Below are positions 23,851 to 37,101 of a stretch of 60,000 bases of DNA, piece after piece (position 1 is the first letter of the stretch; each line of letters begins with the position of its first letter). This DNA is from Lama glama (lineage: Eukaryota): positions 11,906,001 through 11,966,000 of the forward strand of contig CM052832.1 of NCBI GenBank assembly GCA_028534125.1. Direction: 5' to 3'. Made by a program: the position numbers and the translations under genes. The notes below the pieces were generated by a model. That model was not told the origin of the DNA, did no database searches, and worked only from the letters and a program-made list of their open reading frames with translations.

Positions 23851-25348
23851 TCTGAAGAATTATTTCTCTCACACTTGTGTTTTTTCTCCCTTTGCATGAG
23901 ATTTGAAAGGCCTCATGATACTGTGGGCTTCTAGAATTTCACTGTTTCTCTTATCTGTTGTAAGAGTAGTCTGGCAGGTGTGATTACTAATACCATAGGT
24001 AATTTTTAAAATACAAAAAATTTCCTTTGTGTCTCCCTTATCTATAGGATAAGTATGCTTGAAGCATGTTGTTGGCTGTTGAGTTATAGACTGGGAAGAA
24101 AGAAAGAACCACATAAAACCAATTGTAGATAAGATAGAATAAATACAGAAGGAGTGATTGAATTGTTTTCTGACATAGGTTGTGTCAAGGAAGTAATACT
24201 AGAAAAAAGATAGTAAAGAAGAAAATACATCACACTGTATTGTACATCATGTGCTTCAGCTGTCACGTAGTCTCAAGTAATCTTGTTCCCCTCAGATATG
24301 CTGCTTCTTCCAAAATGATCTTTCACTGAAGGCAATTGTGATTTTTAAAAGTTAAGAACTATTGAAGCTTTATTAATTTCTGTTTTATAAGAGATATGAC
24401 ACCCAGGGATGAAGAGTTGAGCTCTTTTTCCCTTAGATGAGAATCTGACCTTTGGCAAACTCTCTCTCTGTTTCCCAGGAAACAATTAAAAATGGTGTTT
24501 GTTACTTGACAGTATTGCTTATGTACATGTAACTTGATTGGTAAGCTGCATCTGCAAAGGCAAGATCTATTAGGAAGCCATAGCTTTGGGCTTCCCTGAA
24601 TGCAGTGACTCTTACAACTGTCCCTTATGAAGATTCTGGAAGCTATACCTGTGGGGTTGCTACTAGAGATACTGACTCCTGTGGTTCACAGAGCGTCTAT
24701 GCCAGGGTGGGTCCCACTCCTACCAAAGTGGATTTTCTCCCAGCAGCTGGGCTATATAGACTCCTTTATGGACTCCTGCTGAGGAGGGGCACCTAACACG
24801 GCTCTGTTGGCAAGCTGTGTTTTCCTGACAGATAGCCTTTTAGCTTCTGGTTATCTTGTGAGTCTGAATGTTTAGTTGAGCCTTAAAAAGACCCTCTGCT
24901 GGAGGTGGTGCAACACCTTTGAAAATTCACTGGGAGAGAGTTGATGGGCTCCAAAGAGAGTTGGCCTGGCAGTCGTTCAGACTAAAATTCTGAGAAGTTG
25001 GATAATGCAAGTTTGAAACTTCCCTCTGCTAAAGACTGAGGTGACAGAGGCAAGGGAGATTTTGATTTTGAGTAAAATGGAATATCTAAAGCTGCTTAAT
25101 AACAGTTCTAGAGAAATGAGTAAGAGAATTTGAGATGTAGAAAACACAAAGCCAAGCAACTTCTTTGCCATTTTTGTAGCTTTTTGGTAAGTTTTGATTT
25201 ATCCTGAAAACTGACATATAGTGACCAAATATATCCCATTGTTGGGGGCAATTGTATAAAATTCATTTGGAGACTTCTGGAAAGATGAAATACACATACT
25301 TTTCCCTAGTCCTGCTGCTAAGTACATCTGAAAACTGGACATTATATA

Positions 25349-27676
25349 CAGATATATCTCTGAGATACTACGGTTTCAACTCCAGACCACTACAACAAAG
25401 TGAATATTGTAATAAAGTCACACAAAATTTTTGGTTTCCTAGTGCACTGTAAAAGTTATGTTTATACTATACCATAGTCTTAAATGTGCACTAGAATTGT
25501 CAAAAAATTGCACATATCTTCATTTAAAAATACTTTATTGTTAAAAAATTCTAACCTCCATTTGAGCCTTCAGTGGAGGGGCTTGCCTTAATTTTGAGGG
25601 CTGCTGACTGATCAGAATGGTGGTTGCTGAAAGTGGAGGTGGCTGTGGCAATTTCTCAAAACAAGACAACACTGAAGTTCTGCCACATTGATTGACTCTT
25701 CCTTTCACAGACAATTTCTCTGTAGCATGCAATGCTGTTTGATAGCATTTTGCCCACAGAAGAAATTCTTTCAAAAGTGAAGTCAGTCCTCTTAAACCCT
25801 GCCATTGCTTTATCAACTAAGTTTATGTAATACTCTAAATCCTTTGTTGTCATTTCAATAATCTTCACAGAATCTTCACCAGGAGTAGATGCCATCTCAG
25901 AAAAACACTTTCTTTACTTATCCATCAAAAGCAACTGTGCAGCAGTTAAAGTTTTATCATGAGTTTGCAGTAATTCATTCACATCTTCAGGCTCCACTTC
26001 TCATTCTAGTTCTCTTGCTAATCCTACCAAATCTGCAGTTACTTCCTCCGCTGAAGTCTTGAACCCCTCGCAGTCATCCATGAGGGCTGGAATAACTTCT
26101 TCCAAACTCCTGTTAATGTTAATACTCTGACCACCTCCTGTGACTCACAGATGTTCTGAATGGCATCTAGAATGGTGAATCCTTTCCAGAGGTTTTCAAT
26201 TTACTTTGCCTAGATCCATCAGAGGGTTACCATCTGCAGCAGCTATAGCTTTATGAAATGTATTTTTTAAATAATAAGACTTTAAAATAAAATTTCTTCT
26301 TGATCCATGGGCTACAAAATGGAAGCTGTGTTAGCAGGTGTGAAAACAACATTAAACTCATTGTTCATTTCCATCAGAGCTCTTAGGTGACCAGGTGCAT
26401 TGTCAGTGAAATGTACTGTTTTGAAAGAAATCTTCTAAGCAGTAAGTCTCAACAGTGGGTTTAAAATATTCAGTAAACCATATTGTAAACAGATGTGCTG
26501 ATATCCTGGTTTTGTTGTTCATTTATAGAACACAGGCAGAGTAGATTCAGTATAATTAAGAACCCTAGGATTTTCAGAATGGTCAGTAAGCATCGTCTTC
26601 AACTTCAATCACCAATTGCATTAGCTCCTAACAGGAGAGTCAGCCTGTCCTTTGAATCTTTGAAGTCAGTATTGACTTCTCTATGAAAGTCCTAGATGAC
26701 ATCTTCTTCCAACATAAGGCTGTTTCTTCTACTTTGAAAATCTGTTCTTTAGTGGAACCACCTACGCTCATTATCTTAGCTACCTGGACAACTTGCTGCA
26801 GCTTCTACATCAGCATTTGCTGCTTCCCGTGCACTTTTCTGTTATGGAGACCAGCTTCCTTCCTTAAACTTCATGAAGCAACCTCTGCTAGCTTCAGACT
26901 TTTCTTCTGCAGCTTCATCACCTCTCTCAGCCTTCATAGAGTTGAAGAGAGTTAGAACCTTGCTCTGGATTAGATTTAGGCTTAAGGAAATGTCGTGGCT
27001 GTTTTGATCTTCTATCTAGATCACTAAAACTTTCTGCACATCAGCAATAAGGCTGTTTAACTTTCTTACCCTTTGTGTATTCCCTGGAGTAGCAGTTTTC
27101 ATTTCCTTCAAGAACTTTTCCTTTGTACTCACAACTTGGCTACTTGGTGCAAGAGGCCTAGCTTTCAGCCTGTCTCAGCTTCCGACATGCCTTCCTCGCT
27201 GAGCTTAAACATTTCTAGCTTTTGATGTAAAGTTGAGAGATGTGTGACTCTTCCTTTCACTTGAACACTTAGTGGCCACTGTAGGGTTATTAATTAACCT
27301 AATTTGAATATTGTTGTGTCTCAGGAGTGGAAGAGCGATGGGGGAATGGCCAGTCTGTGGAGCAGTCAGAACGCGGCCCATATTTATTGATTAAGTTCAT
27401 CTCACATGGGGATGGTTCATGGCACTTGGAAACAATTACAGTAGTAACGCAAAGATCATGGATCACAGATCACCATAGCAAATAAAATAATAATGAAAAA
27501 GTTTGAAATATTGTGAGAATTACAAAAATGTGACACAGAGACATGATGTGAGTAAATGCTGTTTGGAAAATGGCATTGATAGACTTGCTGGATGCAGAGT
27601 TGTCACAAACCTTCAATTTGCAAGAAACCCCAATATCTGTAGCTCCCAATAAAGTGCAATAAAACGAGATATGCTG
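25349..27676 (-). mobile_element. Near-full-length Tigger1 DNA transposon (~2.3 kb) with decayed transposase
   Basis: TA|cagatatatctc ... gagatatgctg|TA termini. The minus-strand fragment [53 protein letters not shown] matches the Tigger1/TIGD1 C-terminus; multiple stops and frameshifts. Confidence 0.93.
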
Positions 27677-27689
27677 TATAAAACAAAAA

Positions 27690-30600
27690 TAGGAAGACTC
27701 TGAAAAGTGGAGAGGAGAAGGCAAACTGGCTAGGACCCTCAAGACCCTAGGAACAACATGGCAGTAAGTTTCCTGGGCTTTCTCTTTGCCTCATGTAGCC
27801 CATACTTGGATCTAAAGAAGCTAGCAACCTGGAAATGCCAATGGGTCCGCACAAAAAAGCCCAATGAAAGCCTACTCTCTCTAGCCACAGGACCAGGAAA
27901 GAGATAGTATTTCCTGATAAGACAGAAAACTTTTAGACAAAAACTGCTCTACTACAACCAAACACCACAGGAAAAACTGGCCACAGCCACACCTATGCCA
28001 GTAAAGGCTGAGTGGGGAGCCTAGTCTTCTGCCCAGTGGACTGTAACAAGGTGCCCAGCCTCTCCTGGTGGTATTGGAGAAGACTAAGTATGGAGCCAGA
28101 ACTTTCATCTTGCCAGGCAGTAACAAGCTTTCCCTCTTTGTATCACTGGAGAAACACAGGAAGCCTCAAATTCCATCTCAATCCAGCAGTAGAAATATTT
28201 TAAGACAGTTATAAATGGAAGAGAGTAAAGCAATGTAAAGAAAGGTAAGTTTCCTATTCTTCACTCAAACTGATAAAATGATGACACAAAGGGACTGATA
28301 TATTACTTATATATATATATATGGAACACCTAGAGCAGTCACTTAAAAAAGCTATGCAAAAAATGCATACAAAAGCACTAAATAAATCAAAATGGAATTA
28401 TTGAAAAAGTTCCAGTGACCCATAGGAAGGCAAAGATAAAAAGGATAAACAGAAAACAAAACAAAAATAAATAAAATGGCTAACTTAAGCCCCATTTCAA
28501 TAATTACATTAGATGTAAAATATACCAATTAAGGTAGATTGGCAGAGTGGATTTAAAAGCATACCCCAACTTATCTATATATGCAGTGGTGGATGTTAAC
28601 TAAACTTATTGTGGTAATCACTTCTCAACATATGTTAAGTCAAGTCATACTGTACCCCTTAACCTTATGTAGTATTGTGTGTCAGTTGGATCTCAGTAAA
28701 ACTGAAAGAAAATTTAAAAAATTAAAATGTGCCCCAGCTGTATGCTCTCTACAAGAAACTCACTTCAAATGTAATGACAGAGGCAAGTTAAAAATAAAAG
28801 GATGGAAAAAGATATACAAACATTTACTAAGAGAAAGCAGGAATGGCTGTATTATTTCAAATAAAGTAGACTCTAGAGCAAAGAAAATCAGTATGGAGAA
28901 ATACATTATATAATGATAAAAGGAAGGAAGGGATCCTCAATATGTGTGTACCAAACAACAGAACTGCCAAAATATGTGAAGCAAAAACTGATATAATAGG
29001 TGAAATAAGACAAATCTACAATTATAGTTGGAGACTTCAGTACTCCTGTCTCAACAATTGAGTAGGACTAGACAGAAAATTAGGAGCGATATAGACAAGC
29101 TGAGCAACACCATCAACAGACAAGATCTAATCAAGATTTATGGAGCACTACACCCAATAATAGCTGAACACAGTCATGCCTTGTTTTTATTGCACTCTGC
29201 TTTATTGTACTTTGCAGGTATTAGGTTTTTTACAAATTGAAATTTTGTGGCAGCCCTGCATGGAGGTTACTGGTACCATTTTTCTAATTAGCATTTGCTT
29301 TCCTCTGTGTCACATTTTGGTAATTCTCACAATACTTCAGACATTTTAATTATTACTATATTTGTTATGGCGCTCTGTGATCAGTAATCTTTACAGCTCA
29401 CTGAAGGCTTACATGATGGTTAGCCTTTTTTAGCAATAAAGTATATTTACTTAAGGTATCTAAGATTGTTTTTTAGACATAATGCTATTGCACAATTAAT
29501 AGACTGCAGTGTAGTGTAAACGTATGTATGCACTAGGAAACCAAAAAATTCCTGCAACTTGCTTTATTGTGATATTAACTTTATTGCAGTGGTACCAAAC
29601 CCATGATATCTCTGAAGTATGCCTGTACATTTTTTTCCAAATGCCTACAGGAGATATGCCAAGATAGACCATATCATGGACCCTAAAACTAACTTCAACA
29701 AATTTAAAGTAATTGAAATTATACAGTGTCTTCTCTGACCACAATAGAATCAAACTAGAAATCAGTATCAGAAACATGACAGGAAAACCTTCAAATGCTT
29801 GGAAACTACATAACACATTTCTAAATAGTCCATGGATCAGAGGAAGTCTCAAGGGAAACTTAAAAAATACATTGAACTGAATGTAGATGAAAAAGGAATC
29901 TCAGCTAAGACAGTGCTAAGAGGAAAATTTATGGTACTAAATGCATACATTAGAAAAGAAGAAAAGTCTCAAATCAGTAATTTAAGTTCTTTCCTCAAAA
30001 ACCTAGAAAAAGAAGAGCAAAATTTCCCAAAGGAAGCAGAAGGATAGAAATAAAGAGATCAATGTAATTGAAAACAGAAATTAGAGAAAATGAATGAAAC
30101 AGAGCTGGTTCTGTGAAAAAAAAAAAACAATAGAATTAACAAACTTACGTTGACTGGCAAGAAAAGAGAGAAGACAGAAATTACCAATATCAGGAATGAA
30201 ATAGGGGATACCACTACACACTGACATCAGAAAGATAATAAGAGAATATGAAAAACAACTCTGTATGTATAAATTTGACAACTTACATGAAGTGGACCAA
30301 TTCCTAGCAAAACACCAACTACCATAATTTACCCAATATGAAATAAATGATTTGAATAGCTCTATAACATAAGGAAATTTAACTCACAATTAATAATCTT
30401 TTAAAAAGATATCTCCAGGCCCCAATGATTTCATTGGAGAATTCTTCTGAACATTAAAGAATTAACATCAATTCTACACAGTACCTTCAAGAAAACTAGA
30501 AGGAAGGAATACCTCCCAATTCATTTTTTAAATCTAGTATTACCCTAATACCAACACTAGATGAAGACAGTACAAAAAATGGGAATTACAGACCAATATC

Positions 30601-31800
30601 CTTCATGAATATAGATGGAAAAATCCTTGACAAAATATTAGCACATAGAATTCAGTGACATATAAAAAAAAATTACATACCATGACTAAGTGGGATTTAC
30701 TCTTGGTATACAAGGCTGGTTCATTATTACAAAATCAGTCACAGTATCCCACCATATTAGGAAGCTAAACAAGAAAAATCACATGATCACATCAGTTGTT
30801 ACAGAAAAGGCATTAGACAAAATTCAACACCATTCATGATTTAAATTTTTTTTCCACAAAAAATAGGAATGGAAAGGAACTTCTTCAACTTGGTAAAGAG
30901 CATCTATTAAAAAACTTAGAGCTAGCTTTTTACTAAATGGTGATGCTTTCTCCCTCATTTGGGGGAAACAAGGCAAGGATATCTGCTCTCACCACTGTTA
31001 CTTGACATAGTGCTGGAAGTTCTAGCCAGTGCAGTAAGGCAGAAAGGGAAATAATAGACAGATTGGAAGGAAGAAATAAAATTGTCCCTATTTGCAGATG
31101 ACATGATCGTCTACATAGAAAATCTTAAGGAATCTAAAAAAAAAAAAATTCATGAACTAGTGAGTTCAGTAAGGTTGCAGGATACAAGATAAAACATTAC
31201 AGTCGATTGAATTTTTATATAAAAGCAAAGCGCACATAAACACCAAGGTTAAAAATACAGTACCATTTATAATTGCTCAACAGAATTAAGTATGTAGGTA
31301 TAGGTATATCAAACACGTATAGGATTTGTTTGCTGAAAATTACACAGTGCTGATAAAGAAATCAAAGATCTAAGTAAATGGAGAAAGAGTGTGTTCATGA
31401 TTGGAAGAATCAGCATAGCAAAGATGTCAGTTCTCCACAAATTGGTATATACATGTTTAACACAATTCCTATCAAATCTGTTTTTAGATATAGTCAACAT
31501 TATTCTAAAATTTATATGGAAGACAAAGAGACCGGATTAACTAAATCTTGAGAAGAATAAGGTGGAAGGAATCAGTCAATCTACCTGATTTCAAGACTTA
31601 ATGTATAGCTGCAGTAGTATTGGCAGAGAGATAGACATTAGAGAACACAGAAATAGACTCACACTATTAAGCCCAACAGATTTTTCACAAAGATGCAGTT
31701 CAGTGGAGAAAGGATAGCTTTTTCAACAAATGTGCTGGAGCAATTGGATATCCATACGTAAAAAAGGAAGCTTTGTCTAACCTCACATCTTATACAAAAA
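27690..31800 (+). mobile_element. Old L1 (L1MD/MC-like) with degraded ORF2 endonuclease and RT, carrying nested insertions
   Basis: Endonuclease-like CSLQETHF..LKIKGWKKIY; RT motif ttgtccctatttgcagatgacatgatcgtctacatagaaaat (LSLFADDMIVYIEN) at ~31082-31123; many stops. Confidence 0.9.
29171..29625 (+). mobile_element. Non-autonomous, internally deleted Tigger1 derivative (Tigger1a-type, 455 bp) inserted in the L1
   Basis: Begins cagtcatgccttgtttttattgcac and ends tctctgaagtatgcctg|ta; both ends match the reverse complement of the Tigger1 at 25349-27676. Confidence 0.88.
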
Positions 31801-32260
31801 AATCCATTTAGAGGTGCTCAAAGGGACTTGACCCTTTGGTTCACATCCCTGCCCCACTTTTCTAGTTTTGTCAGGATTATATTACAGGCACATAGTACAT
31901 GTACTAGAAACATCCTTGATTATAACTTTCAAGTTTATTTCATAGTAGTTTTGAATTACATTTGGAGAATCCTCCCCCCTAAAAAACCCCCACTGATTAT
32001 TTCTATTATCTTCCTTTTTATAAGGCAAAGGAGCAAATCTTTGTTCCTGGGTAATCATCCCAGAAAACCCAAAGATAGTTTGGGCATAAAAGACATCTTT
32101 TATTTTTCTAAACTTATTGTTACCAGGGGGTAAAATGGGTGGGAAGGGATAATTTGGGAATTCGAGATTTGTACCTCTTGGAGAGTGATGGAAATTTTAG
32201 CTATCTTGATTGTGGTGGTGGGTTTCGTTGATGTATACATCTATCAAAATTCATCAAATT

Positions 32261-32537
32261 GGAGAGAGAGAAGCAAGATGGTACAGTAGAAGGATGCTTG
32301 TAGCTCACCCTTTCCCACAAATACACCAAAACTCACATCTGTGGACCCACTTTAGCCAACCAGAGCACCTGCCAAACTCCGACAGAACATCGCCCTCTTT
32401 GAAAGACAAAGACACCAAAAATCTGGTAGGAAAAAAGAAAGAAGAAAAAGCAAAACAGTGCAGGACCGATCCCATGGGGAGGGAGCAGCAAAGGAGGACT
32501 GGCGCTGGTTTGCTGGGTCTCCCCTCTCCAACGGAGA
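32261..32537 (+). mobile_element. Young L1 5' end abutting an older L1 3' fragment (~32110-32260)
   Basis: gagagagaagcaagatggtacagtagaaggatgcttgtagctcacc L1-type start, ending at the gap. Confidence 0.75.
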
Positions 32538-33037
32538 NNNNNNNNNNNNNNNNNNNNNNNNNNNNNNNNNNNNNNNNNNNNNNNNNNNNNNNNNNNNNNN
32601 NNNNNNNNNNNNNNNNNNNNNNNNNNNNNNNNNNNNNNNNNNNNNNNNNNNNNNNNNNNNNNNNNNNNNNNNNNNNNNNNNNNNNNNNNNNNNNNNNNNN
32701 NNNNNNNNNNNNNNNNNNNNNNNNNNNNNNNNNNNNNNNNNNNNNNNNNNNNNNNNNNNNNNNNNNNNNNNNNNNNNNNNNNNNNNNNNNNNNNNNNNNN
32801 NNNNNNNNNNNNNNNNNNNNNNNNNNNNNNNNNNNNNNNNNNNNNNNNNNNNNNNNNNNNNNNNNNNNNNNNNNNNNNNNNNNNNNNNNNNNNNNNNNNN
32901 NNNNNNNNNNNNNNNNNNNNNNNNNNNNNNNNNNNNNNNNNNNNNNNNNNNNNNNNNNNNNNNNNNNNNNNNNNNNNNNNNNNNNNNNNNNNNNNNNNNN
33001 NNNNNNNNNNNNNNNNNNNNNNNNNNNNNNNNNNNNN
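32538..33037. other. Assembly gap (500 N)
   Basis: Run of N. Confidence 1.
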
Positions 33038-33466
33038 GTGGTATATTTATACAATGGAATACTATTCAGCCATAAAAACCGACAACATAACGCCATTTGC
33101 AGCACAATGGATGTTCCTGGAGAATGTCATTCTAAGGGAAGTAAGCCAGAAAGAGAAGAAAAAAAAAAGAAAAAAACCCATAAATACAAAGCAGAAACAG
33201 ACTCATAGATATAGAATACAAACTTGTGGTTGCCAAGGGGGCGGGGGGTGGGAAGGGACAGACTGGGATTTCAAAATGTAGAATAGATAAACAAGATTAT
33301 ACTGTATAGCACCAGGAAATATATACAAGATCTTATGGTAACTTACAGAGAAAAAAATGTGACAATATATATATGTTCATGTATAACTGAAAAATTGTGC
33401 TCTACACTGGAATTTGACACAAAATTGTAAAACGATTATAACGCAATAAAAAATGTTAAAAAAAAT
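33038..33466 (+). mobile_element. Young L1 3' end (ORF2 C-terminus, 3'UTR, A tail), camelid-type
   Basis: MEYYSAIK..ITPFAAQWMFLENVILREVSQ; 3'UTR highly similar to the copies at 39948-40203 and 54800-55131. Confidence 0.9.
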
Positions 33467-34722
33467 ACTTCTTTCTTTTTGCCATGTATAGACTTTTTGT
33501 AAGGGTTAAAAATAGTGTTAGAGTCTATATCTGTGTGTTTTCTTAGAAATAATGTTTATTGTATTGAGTCTTCTCAATTGGAAAAGTAATGTATCTATTT
33601 TTTTAAACTATTTTTTCCAGCTTTATTGCAATAAAATTGACATATAACGTGTAAGTTTAGGGGGTAGAACATGGATTTGATATATGTACATATTGCAAAA
33701 TGACTGCCACAGTAAGTTTAGTTAATGCATATATTACCTCACATAGTTATTTTTTGTGTATATGTGATAACTCTCTTAGCAACTCTCAAGTGTACAATAC
33801 AGTGTTGGTAACAATGTATAGACTTTTAAAAGTTAATTTTAATATCCTTTTATATGTGTATATTTATACAGCTATAACACATGTCTGTGCTAACAGACAA
33901 TAAATTTAAAGGCTTTAACTTTACTTTCAAGATGTCATTAATCTTAATAGCGTATTACAGAAAATAATGTGTCTATATATGTATTCTGCTTTTTAAACTT
34001 AATATACCATGTGCATATCCCCATGCTTCTAAAGCAGCATTTTTAATGTCTTCATAATATTCTATTATGTTTGCATCATAATTTATCTAACTATTCCTTC
34101 ATTGTTAGAGATGGTTTAGTAAGGTGGTTGAAAGCAAAGACTTTGGAACAAAATTGCATGGGCTGGAGTTTTTTCTCTGCCACTTACTGTCTCAGCAGCA
34201 AAATGGGGGTGGTATAATACATATCTCATAGAGTTGTTGTAAAGATTATATAACTTAATTTCTGTTAATTATTTAGAGAGTATCTGGCACACAGAGTGTA
34301 AATGTTTTGATGAATATCTTTATACATAAATCTTTGTCGGTTTCTAATTATTTCCTTAAATTTTTAGAAGAGGAACGTCTTGGTCAATGAGTATGAACTC
34401 TTTAAGACTCCTGAGATCCAAATTGCTTTTTAGAAAGATTGTAGGATAGGTATAAGGATAGGCTAGGATAAAGGTAAGGGATACTTCTTTCACAGCAACT
34501 ACAGGAAAAAAAAAATCTGTGCCTAAAGTACATGAATTTGAATGTAGCCTTTATGGACTGAATAGAATAATAAAGCCATGATAGACTGAAAGGGACAAAA
34601 TTGCTTTCTTCCTAAACGATGTGTTAACAATGGTAGACTGTATCTTGTTATTGAAAGCACAATTAATGTTGGTAACAAGTGGTAAAAGTTAAAGGTACTT
34701 AATATATACTGTTTCTCCTTAG

Positions 34723-34805
34723 GATTTTCTGCTGCAGCAGACCATGCTGAGGATTAAGGATCCTAAGAAGTCACTGGATTTTTATACTAGAATTCTTGGA
34801 ATGAC
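34723..34805 (+). CDS. GLO1: GLO1 exon 2: DFLLQQTMLRIKDPKKSLDFYTRILGM(T)
   Basis: tttctccttag| acceptor, AC|gtaagt donor; glyoxalase I signature with Q34. Confidence 0.98.
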
Positions 34806-36960
34806 GTAAGTAAACTATTGGTACCTGTAATGTTTAAAAACATATCTTTGCAAATATAGGGAATGTTTTCAGATCCATTTAAAAAAAGATTAAAGTTTGC
34901 TTCAAAGGTCACAAAAATCCTTTTGGACAGGAGCCTGGAACTCAGATTGACTGGCCAGGGCATCTGTCGGGCCCCTCTCCTCTATCCCATCCAGGCTCAC
35001 TGGGCAACAAGATATGAATACTTGGATTTTCTCTAACTTCCTTCTGTATGAGAGCTGCCAGTTAAATCGTTGATGAATCAAGACCATTTTGATGTTATGG
35101 CCACTTTTAACCTCTTGTTTAGTACTTCAGAAGAAATACAGCTACAAAGACATATCTAAAACTGGAGATCTGTCCCATTTTTTAGGATGTATTCTCTATT
35201 GCTGAGTAGGTTGTATCTACTGATTTTGTAATCTTTAAGATATATTTGTTTATTTTTCTTGATTTGTTTCCCTAAATAACATGAGTTTTTTTGTCTGTTT
35301 TTGGTAATGTAGATATATAAAGAATAAATGATCTTTAATATACTGCCTAGATAACCTCTATTGACATTGATCTGACCAGTTCTGAAAAATACAAAATGAA
35401 AAGTGACAGCCTCTCTCTCCCAGTCTTTCTTTTCAAAGATAACTGCTGTTAACAATTTCTTATAATTCTTTCCAGAAAAAGTAATTTTGCTTATTTCAAA
35501 GTAATTATGACATATTCAAAGGACAGAATGAAAACAGATTTATTGAACACTTGATATTTGCCAGGCATTTTATGTGTTATTTCATTCAGTCTTCACAGTA
35601 GGCTTATGAAATAGCTTATATCCCCATTTTACATGGAAAGAGGAAACCAAATGGACTCCAGTGTTGATCTTGTTTTTAAAGAGCCCCCAAATGGGGTTCA
35701 ACTTGACATTACACTGAAAGATACGCTCAGCTGAGAAAAGAAAGTTACAACAGGTCTAGTTCCCATCTGATTGGTCTGTAAGGCTTATGCAGTCCGCTTT
35801 CATAGGTGCAGAGATAGTTTTTCATAGTTAGAGTATTTGAGATGTTTGATCCTTATTATAAACAATCTATTTGTGATAAGCCAATGCATAGATCTCAGTG
35901 GGCCAAGGCATATTACATAGCAGTGATAATCAAAAGATTTGTAATAGAACTCTAGAAACTTTCCATTTGCTATGCTTCAACCATTCCCTGTTAATGATTT
36001 TAAATGAGGTTATCTTTGACCATTTAATCCTCAGTGATCTGAAGAAAATTGTGTTGTATGCATCCTCATTCTACCCTACTTCTTACAAAATAATCTTGCA
36101 CTCTTTAGACTCACTTTAGAGGCCACAATTTCAATGAATCTTCAAAACCTCAGGATGAATAATTCATTCATTTACTTATATATAATCAGTCTCTCGTTTT
36201 CCACTGCTCTTTCCCCTCAACCTACAAAAAGCTTAAGCCTTCTCTGCTCTAGGATAATTCTTGCCCTCTGCTCTCTTGCCATCCTTCCCATCATCACGAC
36301 CACCTACATGGGTAGACCATACTTGCTGTTTTACTTGCTCACCTCCATTCTCCGGCTTCTAGTGCCCCATGCTGCTGAAACTGCCCTCACAGGACCTTTC
36401 CATATCTACTGACCTCTTCTCAGACTTAATCCTGTTTGACCTTTCTGCAGTATTTGATACTGTTAACCACTTTACCGTTGACATTCATGTCTTCTGTGAT
36501 AGTAATCTGCCCTCTCTTAACACCTATTGTCAATTTCTTATCCTAAGAGTATTGGCATTACTTAGTAAGAACTCAATAAATTTATTTTATTTAACTGATG
36601 CCATATATCTGAAAGAACAGTAAGGTATAATGCATTCTATTTTTCACTAAACATGAACAGTTTTCTTTTGAAGATATCTTTTGCGTACCATAAATCCAGC
36701 TAAATTTCATTATATTGAAAGAATTGATGAGTTACAAAAGTTTGTATTTTTTAAAAAAACTTTTTATTTCTCTGATATTTACAAATGAATAAGTTTTTTT
36801 AATGAGACTTTTTCATTGATTTTTTTTGTCCCTTGCTTTTTATATCAAAACAGCCTCACTATGTACAGCTCTTATTCTTTGTAGAATATTGCCATGTTGA
36901 TTTTAGTATGAATCAACTTTTCCTGTTAATTGATTCAGGCTTTTTGTTGTTTAATTTTAG

Positions 36961-37101
36961 GCTACTCCAAAAATTAGATTTTCCCACTATGAAATTTTCA
37001 CTCTATTTCTTGGCTTACGAGGATAAAAATGACATCCCAAAAGACAGAGATGAGAAAGTAGCGTGGGCATTCTCCAGAAAAGCTACACTTGAACTGACGC
37101 A
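36961..37101 (+). CDS. GLO1: GLO1 exon 3: [46 protein letters not shown](H)
   Basis: ttaattttag| acceptor, CA|gtgagt donor, 141 nt; contains E100. Confidence 0.98.

Noticed and set aside
25541..27300. Possible domesticated Tigger transposase gene
   Set aside because: The transposase frame is broken into short pieces by stops and frameshifts; it is a fossil, not a TIGD gene.
34910..35070. GC-richer intronic patch after GLO1 exon 2, considered as a snoRNA
   Set aside because: I could not identify convincing C/D or H/ACA boxes with supporting hairpins.
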